Source: the human T2T-CHM13v2.0 reference genome, Homo sapiens. From it: 64,000 nucleotides of DNA. A model generated the notes under the pieces. It was not told the DNA's origin, ran no database searches, and saw only the letters and a list, made by a program, of their open reading frames with translations. A program made the position numbers and the translations under genes. Positions 49,382-64,000 of this stretch are shown here, one piece after another. The first letter of the stretch is position 1. Every line of letters starts with the position of its first letter. Location: the NCBI RefSeq assembly GCF_009914755.1, contig NC_060947.1; one strand, given 5' to 3'.

Positions 49382-49951
49382 TCAAAGAAAAAAAAAAAGG
49401 AAAAGAAAAGAAAACAAAAAAAAAATACCATGTAGATCACACATTCTCACTGGGGGGTGATACTGCCCCCAAGGGGACAAAAATTAGTTCTTGGAGGCAA
49501 AACAAAACAAAACAAAACAAAACAAAAACAAAAAAAAGCTTCTTAGATATTACAATGGTTTGTGACCCTCCAAAGCAACCCTAGCTGACAAAACCTTATT
49601 CCTTGGTATTTAATTTCCTTCACCAGATTTTGGTATTACATGAGCAGCAGTAACCTTGAGTTCAAGGAAGATCCATGAAATATATACAAAATTAGTGCTG
49701 CAAAACTATGGCGAATAGGTAACATTCAGGTATTAACTCACTTCTCATCCCAAGCCTCACAGGGTAGGCCCTGCTATTATCCTCATTTCGCAGTGGGAAA
49801 CTGATGCCTAGAGAGGTTTCATGAGTTGTCTAAGATCACACTGCCAGTGATTTAGAGCGAGGTGGTAGAGGAACAAAAAGTAAAGAACTCCTCCCAAGCT
49901 GTCCTAGCACTAAGATTTTCAGGCAACACCCCTTGCTTCTGGATGCCCTAA

Positions 49952-50241
<290 letters not shown>

Positions 50242-50596
50242 TGATCCGGCCGCCTCGGCCTCCCAAAGTGCTGGGATTATAGGTGTGAGCCACCACGCCC
50301 GGCCGATATTGTCTGCTTTTTAACCGAAGAATGTGCTTTACAGTTCAAAATTAACTGAAAATCTTCATATTTAAAGCCATAAAATGAAAAGAGAAGCCAA
50401 AAGCTGGAAGGAGATATTTGCAAAACACATACCACTACTAAAGGAGTGGTATCAGAATATATAAAAACAATTCCTGGCCGGGCACGGTGGCTCACACCTG
50501 TAATCCCAGCACTTTGGGAGGCCGAGGTGGGTGTATCACCTGAGGTCAAGAGTTCGGGACCAGCCTGGCCAACATGGCGAAACCCTGTCTCTACTA

Positions 50597-50776
<180 letters not shown>

Positions 50777-51379
50777 CTACAAATCATTAAGAAAAGGGCA
50801 GAGAGTCCAACAGAAAAATGAACAAAAGACAGGCCCCTCACAAAAGAAGATCTCCAAGTGATGAATCCATATAAGAAAATATGCTCAAACTTATTGGTCA
50901 TGAGGGAAATACAAATCAAACCACCAAGTTGGACTTCTCCATCGGAATGTGGACACCACAGGGGCAGAGATTTTTGTTCATTCATGCACATATGATTGAT
51001 CTGAAAAAGCCACCCATCATGGACCCCACAGAATGTCAACACTGACCCCACACACACTCCCATTCTTGTCCTCATAGACCCTCATCCCTCACCCCAGATC
51101 CCCCTATCCACTCACCCCACGGATCAGCATCCCTCACCCTACAGACCACCCATCACTCACCCCAGACTCCCTTCACCCATCCCATAGAAGCCCCATCACT
51201 CACCCTTACAGACATCATCAAACACCGCACAGATCCCCCATCACCCCACAAACTCCCATTTGCATAACCCACATACTGTTACCCCTGGTCCCACAGGCTC
51301 CCCTATCACTGTTCTCCACGTCACTCAATCCCCTCCTCAGGCCCTCCACTTGTCTCCATCCGTCACTGATCACATAGAC

Positions 51380-52100
51380 CCGCAGCACTCAGCCAGGCCC
51401 CTCACCCCGGCTCTGCTCTCAAGCCGGGCTTGGCTCCCCGCCTGCCCAAATGCGTTCAACATCCCCCGAAAGGCCATTTCCCTTCCAGTCTTCCCGGAGA
51501 GATGTCAGGGTGACGAGGGAGCTTATCTTTCGGTGGCTCCGAAACAGCCGCGAAGCCGAGCTCTACCAGTAACAAAAATGGCGTCATTCCGCCAGCGCCA
51601 GGACCTCTGTCGCTGGCCGTGGTCTCGCACTGCTTCTGGAGGCTCCCATTCCAGCCAGAGGAGAGGTGCGTTTGGGGGCCCGGGGGAGTCCTCGTGATAT
51701 CTCCGAGTTTGGGTATTCGGAATTGATCCTACGAAAGCAGTGTGAGGCTTGGAAGGGCCGCGACTTGTCCGGGTGAGTGGGCGTTCCCGGCCACCAGAAG
51801 AGGCACGGCCTGAGCAAAGGCGTGGCGACATGGCAGGGTGGGAAACGGGGAAAGTGGGAAGGCTGGACAGAGCACCCCCCGGGAGATTCCTCCGCAGAAG
51901 CGAATTCCTAAAACGTCTGGAGAAAGGGAAGAGACCTTTGACATCATGCAGCCTTTCAGGGGGCTCACACATACCCGCCCACTTCTCCCCACCTGGCCTC
52001 GGCGCCCTGCCGCCTTCCTATTGTTCCTGCTTGGCGTCAGGACCCGCCCCCATCTGTCACTCACTGCCCACCGGTCCTCCATTGGCTCCTTTGAACACGG
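51380..52100 (-). promoter_or_regulatory. ZNF630: CpG-island promoter and non-coding first exon of ZNF630
   Basis: Non-repeat CpG/GC-rich block. YY1-type motif CAAAAATGGCG at 51573-51583; GC boxes (CCCGCCC) near 51974 and 52043; CCAAT on the minus strand at 52081-52085; candidate donor CCGGG|GTGAG at 51406/51405. Confidence 0.8.
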
Positions 52101-52219
52101 AAGGGCCCACCTTCACCTGTCATTTACAGCCTGGACTTCTGCCTGCCCTAGTTCAAGTAGGCTTATATGGCCTTTTGCAGCCCGTATCAAAACTAAAAGA
52201 GTTCATAGAGTCAGAGGTT

Positions 52220-56830
<4,611 letters not shown>

Positions 56831-57896
56831 TGTGTAGCCCTAACTAAAGCCACAATCATGTCTAGACTTCATCAGTGTTATGCAGTAGCTGCTGTGCACT
56901 GAATTGTGTTCCCTCAAAATTTGTATGTTGAAGACCTAACACCCTACATGACTGCATGGGAGATACGGCCTATAAGAAGATGATTAAGGTTAATGATGTC
57001 AGAAGGTGGAACCCTGATTGGAGACAAGTGTAAGAGACCCAAGAGATTCTCTCTCCGCCATGTGATGACGCAGCATGAAGGCAGCCATCGGCAAGCCAGA
57101 AAGAGAGGCTTCACCAGAAACCAAACCTTTCTGGAACCTTGATCTTGGACTTTCCAGCCTCCAGAACTGTGAGAAAATAAATTTCTATTGTTTAAGCCAT
57201 CTAGTCTATGGTATTTTGTTATGGCAACCTAAGCAGACTAATACAGTAGCTATGTACATCTTTAAGATTTCTCTCAAATATGTGGGAAACTATGTATGAC
57301 AGGACCCCTGGAAGTTAAGAATTTTCATGATGATCAAAGCCCTTCTCAATAATTTTTTGATGCTTCTCTCTAGACATGTCCACAGGAATTTTTAAAAATA
57401 AAATGTTTAGGCAGAGCACAGTGGCTCAGGCCTATAATTCCAACTCTTTGGGAGCCCAGGGCAGGAGGATAGCGTGAGCCCAGGAATTGGAGACCAGCCT
57501 GGGCAACCTAGTGAGATCCCATCTCTACAAAAAATGTAAAAATAATAATAATAAAAAATAAAATAATCTTTACAAAAATTTCTGATGCAGTAAGTAATGC
57601 CTTTCATGCATACTCCTGGACTCTAGACCCAGAGCTTCTGATCCAATAAGTCAAGGATGAGGTCCAATACTCTGCATTTATTTTAATGCTTTATTTGGAA
57701 ATAATTTCAAACTTACAGAAAAAGTTGCAAAAATAGTACAAAGAACTCTCATATACCCTTCATCCAGATTCTCCAAATGTGATTATTTTATCCTATTTTC
57801 TTTACATATATATAACATATATGTACATATATATGGTGCATATTATATATATATATATACACATAATTTTTTCTGAATCATTTAAATATAAATGTC

Positions 57897-58966
57897 TGTT
57901 GCAGGAAGTCAGGGACCCCAAACGGAGGGACTGGCTGAAGCCATGGCAGAAGAACGTGAATTGTGAAGATTTCATGGACATTTATTAGTTCCCCAAATTA
58001 ATACTTTTATAATTTCTTATGCCTGTCTTTACTGCAATCTCTAAACATAAATTGTAAATATTTCATGGACACTTATCACTTCTTCAATCAATACCCTTGT
58101 GATTTCCTATGCCTGTCTTTACTTTAATCTCTTAATCCTGTCAGCTGAGGAGGATGTATGTCGCCTCAGGACAATATGATAATTGCGTTAACTGCACAAA
58201 TTGTACAGCATGTATGTTTGAGCAATATGAAATGTAGGCACCTTGAAAAAAGAACAGGATAACAGCAATTGTTCGGGGAATAAGAGAGATAGCCTTAAAC
58301 TCTGAATGCCGGTGAGCCGGATGGAACAGAGCCATATTTCTCTTCTTTCAAAAGCAAATGGGAGAAATATGGCTGAATTCCTTTTCTCAGCAAGGAACAT
58401 CCCTGAGAAAGAGAATACGCACCTGGAGATATAGGCCTATGAACGGCCCCCCCAGGTGCACCTGTCTTTTATGGTCAAGACTGCAGGGGTGAAATAAACC
58501 CCAGTCTCCCATAGCACTCCCAGGCTTATTAGGAAGAGGAAATTCCCACCTAATAATTTTGGTCAGACCGGTTGCTCTCAAAACCCTGTCTCCTGATAAG
58601 ATGTTATCAATGACTATGGTGCCCGAATCTTCATTAGCAATTTTAATTTCACCTTGGTCCTGTGGTCCTGTGATCTTGCCCTGCCTCCACTTGCCTTGTG
58701 ATATTCTATTACCTTGTAAAGTACTTGATGTCTGTGACCCACACCCTATTCGTATACTCCCTCCCCTTTTGAAACTCCCTAATAAAAACTTGCTGGTTTA
58801 ACGGCTTGTGGGGCATCACAGAATCTACCGACATGTGATGTCTCCCCCGGACGCCCAGCTTTAAAATTTCTCTCTTTTGTACTCTGTCCCTTTATTTCTC
58901 AAGCTGGCCGATGCTTAAGGAAAATAGAAAAGAACCTATGTGAATATCGGGGTAGGTTCCCCAGTA
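57897..58966 (+). mobile_element. MER11 solo LTR (HERVK11/HML-8), 1070 bp, probably MER11C-like
   Basis: Begins TGTTGCAGGAAGTCAGGGACCCC and has AATAAA. 6-bp TSD AATGTC at 57891-57896 and 58967-58972, consistent with a class II ERV. Confidence 0.9.
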
Positions 58967-60689
58967 AATGTCAGCCTGGCAAGGTGGCTTAGGCCTATAA
59001 TTGCAGCACTTTGGGAAGTCAAGGTGGGATGATCACTTGAACTAAGGAGTTCGAGACAAGCCTGGGCAACATGGCAAAATCCCATCTCTACCAAAAATAC
59101 AAAAAATTAGCCAGGTGTGGTGGCACACACCTGTGGTCCCAGCTATTCAGGAGGCTGAGGTGGGGGGATTGCTGGAACCTGGGAGGTGGAGGATGCAGTC
59201 AGCCGAGATCATGCCTCTGTACTCCAGTCTGGGCAACAGAGTGAGACTCTGTCTCAAAAAACAAACAAACAAACAGAAACAATAAATGTCCCTAAATACT
59301 AGTGTGTTTTTGCTAAAGAAAAACAGAGAAAACAGGACATTGCCTTATATAACCATAATATAATAATCAAAGTCAAGAAATTAACATTGATACAGCACAA
59401 TTATCTAATCTTTAAACCTTTTTGGGCTGGGTGCGGTGGCTTGAGCCTGTAATCCCAGCATTTTGGGAGGCCGAGGTGGGTGGATCACTTGAGGTCAGGA
59501 GTTGGAGACCAGCCTGGCCAACGTGGTGAAATCCCATCTCTACTAAAAATGCAAAACTTAGCTGGGTGTGGTGGTGGGTGCCTGTGATCCCAGCTGCTTG
59601 GGAGGCTGAGACAGGAGAATTGCTTGAACCCGGGAAGCAGAGAGGTTGCAGTGAGCCAAGATCATGCCATTGCTCTCCAGGCTGGGTGACAAGAGTGAAA
59701 CTCTGTCTCAAAAAACAAAAACAAAACCTTTTCAAAATATGCCAATAGTCCCAATAATGTTCTTTACAGCAAAAGACAACTTTTTTTCTGTTCCTGGATC
59801 CAGTCTAGATTCTGCTTTGCATTTACCTGTCTCATCTCTTCAGTCTCCCTTAATCTGTCCTTTCTTCATCTTTTATGACATTGGCCTTTTTTGAAGGACA
59901 TAGGCAGGTTGTTTTGCAGAATGTACCTTGGGTTCATACTGACATCTCTGATTCCAGTCCAAGGTCTCAGGATTATTTTAGCCCTACCTCCTTTCCAGAT
60001 TTGTAATGCCTTTCTCAGACAGTGAGAAACATGGCTCTCATTATCTCTATTTTACTCATTTGTTCAATCCTCATATACACATAAAGTAGTCTCAGAATTC
60101 CTAACCATACCCCTGTGTTAAAAAAAAAATCACTAACTAAATTACAAAATTTGGCTGGGCATGGTGGCTCATGCCTGTAATCCGAGCACTTTGGGAGGCC
60201 GAGGTGGGAGGACCACTTGAGCACAAGAGTTAAAGATTAGCCTGAGCAACATAGGGAAACCCCATCACTATTTAAAAAATAAAAATAAAAAAGTACAATA
60301 TTTGCATACAGTCATTTTTGATTTTTGTCTTATAGTATCCAGTCAAAATAACTGTTTCCCAAAGTTACTCAGATTAGCTATTTTCTTCCTCATGCCCGTT
60401 AGCGTGGTTATGTTATTCATTTGTAATATACTTAGGTTCCTTTGTTTCTATTTATGTTCCATTTTGGGTCCCCCCAAGCCTAGTTTATTTTAATGTATTT
60501 ATTTTTTCACCTACTTCCTCACTTTTCTATATCTATTTTTGCAATATGTGAAACACTACTATGCTTTTAAAAGAGGCAAAACTATACCAAAAGAATAAAA
60601 GTGTTCCTCCCTGCTCATCCCTACTTCCCATCCCCTCCTTTCCACCATGTTCCTACCCATCCCCTTTAGGTAAAAATCTCGTTCATTAT

Positions 60690-64000
<3,311 letters not shown>

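Overview
Repeat-dense primate (human-like) genomic DNA, not prokaryotic. It holds one intact protein-coding gene: a minus-strand KRAB-A/B C2H2 zinc-finger gene I recognise as ZNF630 (X-linked, Xp11.23, from recollection). Its four coding exons (47042-47028, 41092-40966, 40692-40597, 40366-38631) join to 1974 nt = 657 aa, with a CpG-island promoter at about 51.4-52.1 kb. The left half is a nest of decayed endogenous retroviruses: a plus-strand class III (ERVL-like) provirus with gag/pro/RT/RNaseH/IN and a gamma-type env, split inside env by an antisense ERV1-type provirus (PBS-His) that itself carries L1PA, MER21 and Alu insertions. A further ERVL-like provirus (PBS-Arg) runs off the right edge and holds a U13 snoRNA retrocopy. 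Structure not explained by standard annotation: an ancient degenerate ~54-bp tandem array directly upstream of the ZNF630 promoter; at least five short templated direct or inverted duplications; a 2-bp frameshift truncating the last zinc finger; and a (UG)18 tract at the acceptor of the zinc-finger exon. Repeat family names come from memory of consensus sequences and were not searched. Coordinates of old repeats are approximate.
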